64,000 bases of DNA from Diplonema japonicum. Taxonomy: Eukaryota > Protista > Euglenozoa: Diplonemea. A model generated the notes under the pieces. It searched no databases and had not been told where the DNA came from. It was given only the letters and a program-made list of their open reading frames with translations. Below are positions 11,769 to 24,289 of the stretch, piece after piece (the first letter of the stretch is position 1; each line of letters opens with the position of its first letter). The stretch covers positions 310,001 to 374,000 of the forward strand of contig OZ025725.1 in NCBI GenBank assembly GCA_964019335.1, written 5' to 3'. A program made the translations under genes and the position numbers.

Positions 11769-12875
11769 CAGCTAGCAACACCGATGATAGGACAAGGCGA
11801 GATGAAGTCACACTTTGTAGGGAAGGCAGCGCTGGATAAAAGATCCCTCCTGAAGATCCGGCAGCCGGTGAACGGCGTCCCCAACGACTACAATGCCTGC
11901 GAAATGGTGGTCCAGCACGCGATGGAGGAGCTCGGGGAGGGCTGCAAGCGGCTGTGCCTAATAGAACCAACCCAGGCCACAATGGAAATCCGAGAAAATC
12001 TCGTAGAATTCGCGATAGAAACCCTAAAATGCGAGGAATTCTGGTTGTTATCAAGCATCCCATGCTCACTCTTCGCCTCCGGTCGAACAACCGGCATCGT
12101 CCTCGAAGCCTCAGAGAGCGCCTCCCACGTAGTTCCCGTTTTAGAAGGCCACGCTCTATCTAGAAGCAAATGGACCACCTCTGAACTCTCAGGTCTGGCG
12201 GTGACCTCTTACATGGTTAATCTCTTGAAGCGAAATGGTAGGTTAGACCGAGATCTGCCGCCTCACATCAACAGGATGATTAAGGAAAAGTTCTCGTATA
12301 CCTCTACCAACATGGTGGATGATAACCACACTGCTGAAACTAGCCCGGATTCCCTGGTTCGGGTTTACGAACTTCCTGACGGTGGGAGCTTGGAACTCTG
12401 TGATGAAAGGTTCAGGTGCTCCGAGTACTTCTTCCACCCATCTTCATGGACTGGTACAGACAAGATACAAGCCATTCACAAGTCCGTCGTCAAAACAATT
12501 ACAGATTGCGATGAAAAGCTTCAAACCAAGCTTTTTCACAATATTGTTGCGTGTGGAGGAGTCTCACTTGGTGTTGGTTTCCAAAGCCGGCTTCAGAAAG
12601 ACATCAACTCGTGGCTGAACGGGTCCGGCGAGGGGAACAAATGGAAGTCCCGGCTTAAGCTCAGCAGCACCGTGAAGCTGGTGGACACCACCCTGCCGCC
12701 GTCCCAGCTTGACCCCACAATCTGCACCCAAGCATGGCGCGGGGCCTCCATTCTCTCACAACTGCCCAGCTTCAACTCCATGAAGATCACCGCCACAGAC
12801 GTCCGAGAGGGTGGAAACGGTGTTGTGCATCGTAACGCCATGGTGCCCCCAAAGAAAATGGATGTGTATTTCTGA
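11530..12875 (+). CDS. Divergent actin / actin-related protein; exons 11530-11581, 11643-11707, 11772-12875
   Basis: Spliced N-terminus VILDIGTVNTRAG|RGGQTVPECVFPTLVGEVNKQ|LATPMIG matches actin subdomain 1; also SLFASGRTTGIVLE, YELPDGG, ERFRCSEYFF, NIVACGG, AWRGASIL. Confidence 0.9.
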
Positions 12876-12991
12876 AACTTTAAAAAAAAAAAAAAAAAAA
12901 AAAAAATCGAGTCTTTCCTTTTTTTTTTTTTTTTTTCTTTTCAAAAAGATTTTTTCTTGACAAAAAAAAAATTCTGGCAACAAAAGGACGT

Positions 12992-14377
12992 ATGTATTAT
13001 GATGCCGACGATGACCTGCCCCCGTCCACTATCAGTGGGACGCCGTACAGGGGTGACAGGAGGGTGTGCGATGTGAGCTGTTCGTCTTCGATAAGCGACA
13101 CCCCGCGGCATGGGTACCCCTCTGCAGGGTTTGCGTCGAGCCAGTTCTCGCTCCCCAGCGACCCTGCCGCGTTGAATGGGTTGCTCGACCAGCTGAAGGG
13201 GCAGTTTCCTAGCATCGAGATCCCTAGGGAGCTTCTCTCGGGGCACAGCGTGCCGACTGAGGGCCTCCTCTCAATGCACAACACACAGCACCACGTGATC
13301 CACTCCCGCAGGTTGGAGTCTTCGATCGACCTCAACTCCCCCCGGCGGGAGCACCCTCTACACTCCCCCCAGCGTGAGCACCCCCTGCACTGTGTACAGC
13401 GTGGTAGCGTTCCTGTTCAACAGGACAGGTCGACTTCACCCGTGCGGGGTGGAAGCCCTCCTTTGCAAGACATTCCTCAGATGTCGATGCATGGCGGTAT
13501 GCATCTTCAACAGGCGTTCCACCCCCCGCCCATGCCAGTGCCGGTTCCCCTTCCTGTCCCTCCTGCGCCTGCACCTTTCCAAGAAGAACCTGAACGTCCT
13601 AAGCAACCTGCGTCGGCGTCGTCCCCACGGCAAGGTTTTTACGACAAGCTCGGGCGGCAGTTGACCGAACTGCTGCTTGAAGCAGGCACGCCCCTTCCTC
13701 GCTTCCCTATGGAGGTCCCTTGCGCTGATTCCACAACACAGACGGCAGAGCAGGTAACACGGATCGCAGCAAGCTCAGAACACCAAGAACTACAGGGTGT
13801 TAATGACATGATGATCCAGAAGGCACGTGCGGCTGCGGAGATGTTTCTGAAGGACTACCAGGACCACAAGAGGGCGCTGTCGGACTCGGAGAGGAAGCTG
13901 AATGTGAGCGAGAATGAGAACCTCGCGCTGCGGTCGCAGCTGGACCTGTCGATGGTTAAGATGATGTCTGCTCAAAAGGAAGTCGACAAGTACGCGTCTT
14001 ACTTCAACATGAGCAAGAGCGGGGCACAGCAAGCTGGAAGCGACTCCGCACAACTGAAAGCACTGCTGCGAAAAATGCAGGAAATGAGCAGAGAGCTCAA
14101 ATCTGCTCACGAAGAAAAATTACTGCTTCTGAGGGAAGAAGAGCAGCGCAGGGAGGACGCCATCAAGCAGGCCGTCGCCGACAGAGACGCCGAGCTAATG
14201 CGCGTAAGGAACCAGCTCAAGGAAAAAAAGAAAATGATAAAGGACATGAAGCTGATGCTGCACTCCTACCTTGCCACGAACGACCCTACAGACGTCAACC
14301 CGAAGATGGCCTTCCTTGACATGATCGCACACGGCGGGCAGAAGTACGCAAGTGTGACCCCTGGGGTCGCTCTGTAA
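12992..14377 (+). CDS. Hypothetical protein, Pro-rich N-half and coiled-coil C-half
   Basis: 461-aa ORF with coding-like composition; no family recognised. Confidence 0.75.
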   Translation: MYYDADDDLPPSTISGTPYRGDRRVCDVSCSSSISDTPRHGYPSAGFASSQFSLPSDPAALNGLLDQLKGQFPSIEIPRELLSGHSVPTEGLLSMHNTQHHVIHSRRLESSIDLNSPRREHPLHSPQREHPLHCVQRGSVPVQQDRSTSPVRGGSPPLQDIPQMSMHGGMHLQQAFHPPPMPVPVPLPVPPAPAPFQEEPERPKQPASASSPRQGFYDKLGRQLTELLLEAGTPLPRFPMEVPCADSTTQTAEQVTRIAASSEHQELQGVNDMMIQKARAAAEMFLKDYQDHKRALSDSERKLNVSENENLALRSQLDLSMVKMMSAQKEVDKYASYFNMSKSGAQQAGSDSAQLKALLRKMQEMSRELKSAHEEKLLLLREEEQRREDAIKQAVADRDAELMRVRNQLKEKKKMIKDMKLMLHSYLATNDPTDVNPKMAFLDMIAHGGQKYASVTPGVAL

Positions 14378-14543
14378 AAAGCCTAAAAAGCCACATTTCT
14401 CCCCCCCCCCCCCCCCCCTAGATTTCTGTTGTTGTCTTTATGTAATATGTACTGTTCCCCTTTTTCGTTGTTTGATAATTTTTTTTTTTCCCCCCTCCAT
14501 ATTCCAGAGTTCTACAGCCATATAAAAAAAAAAAAAAAAGTAG

Positions 14544-14771
14544 ATGTCGGAGTTCGGCGACCGTCCCGAGCAGCTGATCAAGGCCTTTGCTGTCTTTGAT
14601 CACGACAAGTCTGGGAAGGTGTCCGTGGAGGTGTTGAGGCTGGTGCTCACAAAGCTGGGCGACGTTCTGAACGCGGAGGAAATGGACGAGCTAGTCGGAG
14701 AGGCGGACATCCACGGGGAGGGTGTTGTGGATTACGCGCAGTTCGTCCACCAGGTTGTCTTTGCCGCTTAG
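14544..14771 (+). CDS. Small two-EF-hand protein (calmodulin C-lobe / myosin light chain-like)
   Basis: LIKAFAVFDHDKSGKVSVEVL...LGDVLNAEEMDELVGEADIHGEGVVDYAQFV. Confidence 0.85.
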   Translation: MSEFGDRPEQLIKAFAVFDHDKSGKVSVEVLRLVLTKLGDVLNAEEMDELVGEADIHGEGVVDYAQFVHQVVFAA

Positions 14772-14913
14772 AGGAAAAAAAAAAAAAAAAAGAAAGAAAG
14801 AAAAAAAAAGTATCTCCCCCCCCCCCCCTCTCCTGTATGTTTTTTTTTCCAAATATTTTTCTCGAAACGAAAAAAAAAAAAAAAAAAAAAAAATCACCTA
14901 GCAGGACAGATAA

Positions 14914-15531
14914 ATGTCCTTACGCACCCTGCTCCTCAGGAGGGACAGTGGCTTGCAAGGTTTAAAACATGTTGATTCCGATCTCGTGAAAAAATGGGCC
15001 TTGGGTGTCGAGCTGCAGCATCGCAGCGCTGTGCGAGACCTTGAAGAGATGTGGGCGGTTGCCGACAAGGCGGAAAAAGACAGCATCAATGCACAGCAGG
15101 ATGGGAACAGGGCGCAGCTCACGGCAGAAGAGGCTGTAGGGCGGATAGTGATGTACAGCGCGGCCATGATGGAGGAACGGCAAGGGGTTTTTATAGACCA
15201 GGAAGCGGAGTTCAGCGAGCTTCTTGAGCTTCACCTGGGTACGCTGTCTCTCTCCCGAGAGGAGGCAGCGGGAAGAGTCTTCATTGAGTCCTCCTCCGCC
15301 ACTGCCGTGAATTACCTGTGGTCGCGCAGGGCTTCCCTTCACGTGCTTGGGAACATCGAGGTGAGTTCCCAGCTCAGCCAGACCCAGCTGCTTCTCAACA
15401 TCGCCACACTGAAACTGAATCAAATTAGCTGTATCTCGCTGAACAGTGCGGCTATCTCACCTGCCGACATTACCGATCTGCTCTCAAGCGCACGCGGGGA
15501 AAACCCCACCGCCCCTTTCCAGGGGTGTTAA
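14914..15531 (+). CDS. Hypothetical protein
   Basis: 205-aa ORF with coding-like composition and EEAxGR-type helical repeats. Confidence 0.65.
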   Translation: MSLRTLLLRRDSGLQGLKHVDSDLVKKWALGVELQHRSAVRDLEEMWAVADKAEKDSINAQQDGNRAQLTAEEAVGRIVMYSAAMMEERQGVFIDQEAEFSELLELHLGTLSLSREEAAGRVFIESSSATAVNYLWSRRASLHVLGNIEVSSQLSQTQLLLNIATLKLNQISCISLNSAAISPADITDLLSSARGENPTAPFQGC

Positions 15532-15579
15532 AAAAACAAACAAAAAAAAAAGGGAGCAAACCAAACCACTTTACTGTGC

Positions 15580-15606
<27 letters not shown>

Positions 15607-15610
<4 letters not shown>

Positions 15611-17346
15611 TAAAGGACCGGGGGTTTTGCCAAGGACCGTCTATTTATGAACCCGGGAAAAAAAAAATGCGAGAGTTTAACCATAAGAAAGTACACTATA
15701 CCCTTTAAAAAGCACGTGACCCAGGGGGTAAAAAAAAACAATTTATTTTCCATGCAGGGGGGCCTACTTAGAGTTCATACGGGGTCGGGAGAGGAAATGT
15801 ACGACAAAGTACCGGGCATCGCGAGCGACTTTGCTCAACCCACTCGAGGGCGCTTGGGCGGAGGACAGCCTCCCTCACTTTTTTTTTATTCTACAGATGT
15901 CGATTTTCTTCCAACATTGGGTCCTGGCGGACGCTGAAGCCCTTGAGGATTTTTTTTTTCAAGCGTCCCCAGAACTGTCGGTATTTTATCATGTCAGGGT
16001 AGTCATTTTTTGTATGAAAAATCTCAAAGCACTCCGGGCACAGGGCAACATTGCACGTTTTGCAGGTGTAAAATTGTTTTTTTTTTTTTTTTGATTTTTG
16101 GCACAGCCTTGAGGTGAATTTCATACTATAGGCAAAGTCGTAGAGATTAAAGGCAAAATTATAGGCAAAGCGGAAAAGGTTAACACGGGTTTAGTACGGC
16201 CGTGCCGCAAGAGGAACCGGATGCTGTCCGAACTCTGCCGCATAACTCTGTCATGGCGTGAGATTTGTTTGCTGGCCTCCTTTTTCGTTTTTCTGCCCAC
16301 TGTCGTCTTCCGGAGTTGAACCGTGCCCACGGGGTTGTATTTTTCTGTTGCGCTGAACCTCCGATAGCATGCATACCACTCAAAAGAGAGCAGAAGAACT
16401 GGTAATTAGAATAAAGATTATCCATCGCAACCCAGTGACCACGATGCTCGAACTGTCGCAGAAGACGTGGTACCGTGTCCTTTGGGTCCCCACCAGGGTA
16501 AATTCTAATGTTAAGCACGCACCCCGACGAGTACACCTTAAAGCCATAGCGCTTGCGTTTAGCTGGTTGAAAAACGCTGTGCTTAAGGCGGGAGAAGGAG
16601 CGAATCAATGCTCAGCCCTTGACCGGGGGTGGTATGCAGCTTTCTAGCTGGGGGGGTCCGGGAATGCAGCATCTCCACTTTTGATAGTGTCCCGTTGCCC
16701 TGTGAGCCAAAGTGGACACAACAAGAAGATATAGAGCAATGTGGCGCGGCCCAGGACATGGCCTATGTAAGGCGTTGTAATCTCCTTCCTTTGTAGACCA
16801 GTAGTCCTTGACGCCCACCCTGCAGACTTTGTCCATCAAGGCGGGCAGAACCCAGACGGCGATCCAGGTGTTCAGTTGTGCCTCGTCTGCGTCGAATGTG
16901 GTGCCCTTGGATGTGGCATACACCTTTGAACAGCATAATGGACCTCAGCAAGCTGTTTGTGATAAACAAACTGAAAAGTTGTAGCCTATCCATGTTGCTG
17001 TTCGATGTTGCTGGACCCCTGTACCCATGTCATTTCTTGGCCGGTGTACGGTTGATATTTGTCCCCCAACGCACACCACCCATCTGAGGTGGTGCTGGAG
17101 TTGGAAGAAGCTCTTCAGAAGGTCCTCAGAACCTGCTCTCAAGTACCAAGTACAAAAGGACACCAAGCAACCCCCTTGGGGACGGGTTTTGGTGTTTGTT
17201 CTTCGCGCAAAAGGGTATTTCAAATAAAAAAGAAATCGCGGAACAATGGGTATTAGTAAAGTCCAGGGGCTGTGTGGCACAAAAAGTGTCACATAGAAAA
17301 GATAATTTTTCTTATGGACACATATGTCCTCATGGTCCTTTAGTGG
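15607..17346 (-). mobile_element. Decayed piggyBac transposon
   Basis: TTAA|CCACTAAAGGACC ... GGTCCTTTAGTGG|TTAA (13-bp TIR, TTAA TSD). Minus-strand transposase fragments KRYGFKVY, WVAMDNLYS, VKDYWS and C-terminal CKTCNVALCPECFEIFH are split by stops and frameshifts. Confidence 0.9.
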
Positions 17347-17419
17347 TTAATCAAATTACCGATTTCACATTTTCTTTTTCACAGGGAAAGAAAAAAAAAA
17401 AAAAAAAAAAAAAAAAGAA

Positions 17420-19555
17420 ATGCGAAGGAAAAGCCCAGATGAGATCCCAAAAGAGTTCTTACGGACAAAGGTGGATAGGTGGGGTCTGTCGAGCAAAGCA
17501 CTAGGCAGGGGCGCGGGGGGTGAGGTCGTCCTCGGCATGGACACCGAGAGCGGCGGCATGGTGGCCGTGAAAAAACTCATGATCGCAGGGCTCAGCGGAG
17601 AACGAAGCGTGAAGCTGCTCTCCGAGATAGAACTCCTAAAGGGCCTGGCCCACGAGAACATCGTCCAGTACATCGGCTCGAAACGCACACAGCGCAACCT
17701 ATACGTAGTAATGGGGTACATGGACAAGGGGAGCGTGGCCGACCTTGTAAAAAAATATAAAAAACTCCCAGAGGACCTGGCAATGAGAATTTTCAGAGAA
17801 GCTCTTCACGGTCTAGACTACCTCCACAGAGAGGGAATTGTACACCGTGACATAAAAGGCGGGAACATTTTATGCTGCACAACAGGAGGCGTTCGCCTGG
17901 CTGACTTCGGTGTCTCCGAGCTTCGCGTTCCTGAAAACGACAGCATAGATGTTGCAGGCACCCCATACTGGATGGCACCAGAGGTCGTCGAGGTAAAAAG
18001 CGCATGTCCAGGATCTGATATATGGGGCCTCGGATGTACATTGTGCGAAATGTTAACAGGACACCCTCCTTACGGAAAGCTGCCGCCTTACACTGCTTTG
18101 TATCGGGTGGTACAGGACGACTGCCCACCGCTTCCTCCGTTTGCAACATTGTCGATAAAAAACCTGTTGAAACAGTGTTTTATAAAAGATGTTAAAGTAA
18201 GGCCCACGGCGCCCATGTTGCTTCTGGACCGTGCGGTGTACTCCTTGTCTGTCGGGCAGGTCGATTTCACAATTTTGGAGGCGTTCCACGAAACATCAAA
18301 AATATTAAATAAAACACACGGTGCATACCCAACCACAACAGACGTTCTGCGGTATATTAAAATCTCGTCAAAGGATGATCTTGCCCGTGTGAACCCCATC
18401 CCGGAACTTGTGAAACTGATACACAGTGAGACAGACGAGGATGTACTTGAAGAATCGGTAATGTTGCTTGGTAAACTGTGGCGGGACCCGTCTCGTTCTT
18501 CTGCAGGTGTGGAGTACTGGTGTGATGATGCCTTTGTGTCCACGTGCTGCGCGATTATCGAGAAGGTTAAAATGTCCCCCGAGGCGCAAGCCATCTCTGT
18601 TTCCCTTCTTATAGACCTTCTTGACGGGCTTCCTCACTGGTCCGTCGCGTTGCGCCGTGAGCTTCTCTTCTCCCTCTCATCTTACGTGCCCATCGAGGTT
18701 GTGTATAACCCCTCGTGGATCACGCCCATTTTAGATATTCTCTCTTCTTCCTTCGCTGTCTCGCCGCCTGACTATGAGATTCTCCTTGAGAGGCTTTTCA
18801 ATGCGTATCGGTCGTGTGGGGACGTGTGGTGTATCACGTCGTTGGTGCAGCTTATTCGGTTAGACCCTGTCAAAGCGTGCTTGGTTGTGAAGGACATCGT
18901 TTGGTGCTTGACCTGCAAGAAGGAGGACAACACAACTGACCCCGGTTTCACCCTTGCGATGCTCCCTGTGCTGTTGGAGATTTGTTTGGTGGTGGAGGAT
19001 GAGGTATTTATAATTTAAGAAAAAAAAAAAAAAAAAATTGCAGAATTTGAAAACGGCATGTTTCAAGACATACATTGCTCTGCTTAAAGACAACACAAAA
19101 CCTGAGGTTCAGGAAATGTGTCTCATGCATTTGGCCGCGTGGTATGTGTTTTTTTTTGGGGGGGGAAAAAAAATGGTCTCCCAAAAAAAAACAGGACTTT
19201 AAGTCGCGACCCTTACCTAGAGAAAAACCTTGTGGGTGAATTGCGGGGTATTACAGAGGTTATGTGCCAGTGCGGGGGCTATGGGGATCCTTTTCATGAG
19301 GAAGTCATGCTGAGACACTTTCTGAAGCTTCTGAAGACGGATTTTGTAAAGGAGAAATGGATGCTCGGCGTCTCAGAGGAGGTTTTGAGCTGGCTGCGAC
19401 AGTTATTGCTTGGTACCAGACCGTCGTTGGTCATGCTCGCCTTGTCCCTGTTGCAGGTTATCTTGGACATTGGTTCGATAGAGGACAAGAAGGCCCCAGC
19501 ACTTTATTCTGCCACTAAGAAATTGTCGAAAAGCAGGTTTGCTGGGGGGAATCGA

Positions 19556-19594
<39 letters not shown>

Positions 19595-19689
19595 GGAACC
19601 CCGAAATCGCTAAGCCTTCAATTGCTCTCCTTGCCTCCGTTTGGCCGCTTAAACCTAAAAAGCGGTTTGCTTACATCAGGTTTAAAAAG

Positions 19690-19692
<3 letters not shown>
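17420..19692 (+). CDS. STE-group (Cdc15/SepA-like) Ser/Thr kinase with helical-repeat C-terminus; exons 17420-19003, 19044-19141, 19195-19536, 19596-19692
   Basis: GRGAGG, VAVKK, HRDIKGGN, DFG, GTPYWMAPE, ALYRVVQDDCPPLP. Three GT..AG introns (40, 53, 59 nt) keep the frame open to TGA at 19690. Confidence 0.85.
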
Positions 19693-19766
<74 letters not shown>

Positions 19767-20423
19767 GCTATAGATTTTTTTTTTCTCTTTCCGTTTTGTC
19801 TTTTCGTTCTCCCTCTCCCCCCCCCCCCGATTCTCTTATTATTATTATTTTCTTTTGTCTTTTCGTTCTCCTTGTTTTTTTTTTTTTTTGTGTGGTAGAA
19901 GAAAGAAAAGAAAAAGAAATACTATTTTAAGGAAAAGAAGAAGGGGGGGGGGGGGGGGGAGGAAGGGAAGAGAGAAAAAAAAATTGTTGCACGTCTTTCC
20001 TCCCTCTCCCTGCTTCCCCTCTCCAGGGACCAGTTAGAGTTGGTACCCCCCTAAGTTACCCCCCCCCCCCCCCCCCCGTTCTTTCACTTCTGAAGACTGT
20101 CTCCGAAAATCTGAAGGACCTTATGCCTTTCCCCACACTCTCCCCCCCTTTTTTTTTGTTATACCGATGCCAGTGCTCTCACCCTTCTTGGGTGCACTAC
20201 TGGGGATCGCTTTGGACGACCAAGCAAAAAAAAAAAGGGAAAGAAAGAAGGAAAAAAAAAAAAAAAACATACGTTTCGAGCCTGGGCTTTCAAGAGGGGA
20301 GGGAGAGGAAAGGGGTCTACGGCCCATCTTAAAAACCCAACCCTCTTTCTGAATCTTGGCTCTTATGTCCCATTTTGGGGCAACTACACATTTAAAACGA
20401 AATAACTTGCATTTTTTTTTCTT

Positions 20424-20457
<34 letters not shown>

Positions 20458-20665
20458 TATATTTCTTCGTAAGGCAAATAGTTCAATAATACAATAAAAA
20501 GGGGAAAAAAAAAAAAAAAAGGGGATCTCCTCACCCCTATCTCTCTTTCTCGTCTTTCTCTTCCCTCGTCAGGTTTGTTTTGTTATGTTTTCTTTTTTTC
20601 CCCCCCCTCTTTTTTTCTTTTTTTTTCCCTACCGGTGTTTGTAATCATCTTTAAAAAAAAAAAAA

Positions 20666-20811
20666 GTAACAGCTGTTTACTCCCAACAAGTAATGACGCC
20701 TTTACTGTTACCTCGAGAGATGGTGACATACGGTCTGGGAGGTGGGGGGGGGGGTATTAATTACCTTTGGCGGTAGGTAAGCAGTTTTATTTCACAGTCC
20801 TCTCTGAAATT
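20666..20811. repeat. Repeat fragment, inverted copy of 24867-25026
   Basis: AGCTGTTTACTCCCAACAAGTAATGAC..TTTACTGTTACCTCGAG and TTGGCGGTAGGTAAGCAGTTTTATTTCAC match the reverse complement of 24867-25026. Confidence 0.75.
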
Positions 20812-20936
20812 GTTTTGGTAATTTCCGGGGGGGGAAAAAAAGTGCGTTTTCTTTTTATTAACACAAAAAAAAAAAGAAAAAAGGAAGGGAGAACCTTTTA
20901 TACGATTGGGCCTGTTTGCGTGAAGCGCTGACAAGC

Positions 20937-20978
<42 letters not shown>

Positions 20979-21100
20979 CAAAACAAACAAACAAAAAAAA
21001 AGCAATGAAACAAAGGCACGCGATACGTAATGAAAATAAAAAGCCCCATATCTCTAAAACCCGCCGGGTCAATCCTGGACTTGCTCAAAAGGAGCTACAT

Positions 21101-21151
<51 letters not shown>

Positions 21152-21279
21152 GAGCTTTCAAATCATTGAAGTGAATCGGGATGTCGAGAGAAAAAAAGTA
21201 TTTATGTCTCGAAAAAAAGAAAAAGAATAGCAAATTTCTGTTGGTCAAAACTGGTTTTAGAGACAATTGGGCGTAAAAA

Positions 21280-21620
21280 TCATAGTATCCAGGGTTAACC
21301 GATCACCCGTGGGTTTTTAATTACAATCGGGTTTTAAATTGACGTCAAATGAAAGGCGAGCATGCAACTATGATATCTTAAAACCCTCATATTCGTATCC
21401 CGTTCCCCCCCGATTCCCGAAAAGCTGGGTTTTCTTTTTTTTTTTTTTTTTTTTTTCAAAAATCAATAATTAGAACGGGAGGAGAACAAGCAACCATGCC
21501 GGGTTTGGCGTCGGACATTTTCTCCTGTTGTTTTTAACTTGGACGCTGACCCGGTACATAATAACAAGTCCGAAAAAAAAAAAAAAAAAAAAGGTGATCG
21601 GTTAACCCTGGATATTATGA
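21280..21620. mobile_element. MITE-like element with 28-bp inverted repeats containing TTAA|CC (possible piggyBac MITE 21299-21601)
   Basis: TCATAGTATCCAGGGTTAACCGATCACC (21280-21307) versus GGTGATCGGTTAACCCTGGATATTATGA (21593-21620), one mismatch. Confidence 0.7.
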
Positions 21621-21985
21621 AAAATAAAAAAAAAAATAAAAAAAAAAAAAAAAAGCAATTTCTAGCTACCTTCTCGTTATTCTCAGCTGTTTCTATCTAT
21701 CTACTTCCAAAAAAAAGGAAACCCCCCCCCCCCCCCCCCCACCCCTTGGTACCAATATATTCTGGGAATTCTTAAAAAAAGAACAGAAAAAAGGCAAAAA
21801 AGAAAAAGAGGGAAGAAAAAGAAAAAGAAAAAGAAAAAGAAAAAAACACGTTTTTCAGAACAGAAAAGAAGAAGGAAAAACCCGAAGAAACGAAATAGAA
21901 AAAAAAGTAAAAATAAAAAAAAAACAGCACACCCTTTCTTTAAAAAAAAAAATCGACTTGCTTTTGATGTTTTTTCCCTCAGACT

Positions 21986-22018
<33 letters not shown>

Positions 22019-22289
22019 GATATAAATTTGACTTTTCTTTTTTGACATTGCCATTTTTTTTTTTTTTTTTTGATAGAAATAAGTTACCGTATTTGTACTT
22101 GTGAAACGGAAAAAGTTCCAAAAAAAATCCGTTTTTTTTTTTTTTTTTTTTTTTTTTCCTTTTTTTTTGGTCTTCGAAATCGAAAAGATTCCGCAATTTA
22201 ATTCTGTTTTCAAACATTTTCCGTTTCTTATTGAGTCCATCTGCGGTCATTCGTTTTCTTTCTCTTTCCAAAATGTTTCATTCAGCAAA

Positions 22290-22338
<49 letters not shown>

Positions 22339-23190
22339 GTCGCGAGATTTAAAAAAGAACAAAAAGCCCAATCCCAACCCCAATCTAAAAGGGGGTGTCG
22401 TGAGTGCTGGGAAGGCAGGCTTCTGATACAACTAATAAAAAAGAATAGGCAGAAAAAAGAACAAACAAAAATTGGGGGGGGGGGAAGGGAGAGAGGGGGA
22501 ACAGGGAGTGTCTTTTTTTTCCTTGTTGTCCCCCCCCTTTTTTTTCCCCCCCTCTCTCTTTTATTTTTGCAAAAAAAAAAAAAAAAAAGAGAGAACTGAC
22601 TTTTCATTGCGCACAATGATGTACTCGCTCTTTCCATTCTCGTGGCACACCCAACAACTAGTTTCTTTTCTTCCCCCCCCCCTTTTTTTAAACCGTCACG
22701 TGAACTTTTTCTTTTTCTTTTTTTGAACAAATATGTGGAGTGAAAATATTACTCTATCTGGTGTTGGCCGGTGGGAGGCAATTTTCTAGCTGACGGATTT
22801 GATGTTTAGTCTAGTCTATCTTCAAGAAACAAGAGCGGATCTAGAAATCAAGATTTTTTTCTCTCTTCGATTCTCTTGCTCTTCTTTTGTTAATATACCC
22901 TTCGACCTTCTTTTTTTTTTTTTTTTTTTTTTTTTAATCTGGTTGCGGCAATAGTTTAAAAAAAAAGAAGAAAAAAAGGGGGGGGGGGGGACTTAATACC
23001 CACCCCCCCCCCACCCTTCCTCTCTCTCTCTCCATCCACATAAAAAAAAACAAAAAAAAAAAAAACACCACACTCTTTCCCATCCCCCCACCCACCCCCC
23101 TTCTGGCACCCTATTATTCTTCTTGCTTTTTTTTTTTTTTCTTCGTCTTTTGTTTTTCTTACAAATTTTGTCAAAAAAAAAAAAAAAAAA

Positions 23191-24252
23191 ATGCTACTTT
23201 GCGCAGCCATTCTCACAAGCGTCTCCCTCTCAGTCTCAGGGGTCACGGAGAACAACGTGACGGGAGCGCTCCGCGTGATGCAAGGGTACTACAAAAAGGA
23301 CAAGGGCGAGTGGGGCGACGGCTCCTGGTGGCACTCCGCCAACGCCCTTGAAGCCCTCTGCAACGTGGTCCTCTACACAAACAACACGGAGTACTTCGAT
23401 ACGGTACAAAACACATGGGACCGCACGCAGAACTCTTACAAAAAACACAAAACATCTGAAGGCTACGATGACATTCTGTGGTGGGGCCTCGCCTGGTCTC
23501 GTGCTGCACACCTCACCAACAACACCACCTACCTAACACGGTCGGAAGGCTACTACTCCGAAGCGAACGAAACCTGGGACACAACATGTGGAGGAGGGGT
23601 ATGGTGGAACCGCGACAAAACCTATAAAAACGCCATCACCAACGAACTGTACCTCACCCTCGCCACAGAGCTCTACAAAGCCACAAACAAACGACAGTAT
23701 CTCACAGACGCACACCGCGAATGGAACTGGTTTGTAAAATCCAAAATCTACGGCCACCCATCCTCCCTTATCGTCGACGGCCTCAGCCCTGCATGCGATG
23801 GAACAGGTTCTCTGTGGACATATAATCAAGGCGTTTTGTTAGGCGGTCTTCTGAACCTTTACAAGCTTACCGGTGACATCACGTACTTAACCCATGCTTT
23901 TAAGAAGACGGATAAGGTCCTGGAGGCTATGACTGCGCAGGGTATTCTTCAGGAGCCTGCGCTCGGTGGTGGGAAGACGTCTGATGCCGAGCAGTTTAAA
24001 GGGGTTTTCGCGCGTTACGCGGGGTACCTTCTTCGGGGGAGCCACCCCGTGCCACTGGAGCTGAGCGGGCACTACTCTCGCCTGAAGAGTTTCGTTCTTG
24101 AAAACGCAGGGTCGGTGCTTGAAAACGACGTCACGGGGAACGGCAGGTTCGGATTTTACTGGGAAGGCCCGCCTGACAAACCATCGGACCCCGACTACAT
24201 CACGCACTGCTCCGGGCTTGACATTGTCACGGCGGCGTTCAACCTTCCGTGA
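23191..24252 (+). CDS. Secreted glycoside hydrolase family 76 (alpha-1,6-mannanase-like)
   Basis: Signal peptide; WWHSAN, YDDILWWGLAW (catalytic DD), CGGGVWW, YKNAITNELY, WTYNQGV, FKGVFARY; intronless. Confidence 0.9.
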   Translation: MLLCAAILTSVSLSVSGVTENNVTGALRVMQGYYKKDKGEWGDGSWWHSANALEALCNVVLYTNNTEYFDTVQNTWDRTQNSYKKHKTSEGYDDILWWGLAWSRAAHLTNNTTYLTRSEGYYSEANETWDTTCGGGVWWNRDKTYKNAITNELYLTLATELYKATNKRQYLTDAHREWNWFVKSKIYGHPSSLIVDGLSPACDGTGSLWTYNQGVLLGGLLNLYKLTGDITYLTHAFKKTDKVLEAMTAQGILQEPALGGGKTSDAEQFKGVFARYAGYLLRGSHPVPLELSGHYSRLKSFVLENAGSVLENDVTGNGRFGFYWEGPPDKPSDPDYITHCSGLDIVTAAFNLP

Positions 24253-24289
24253 AAAAAAAAATTTTTTTTTTCTTTCTGTTTATATTTTT

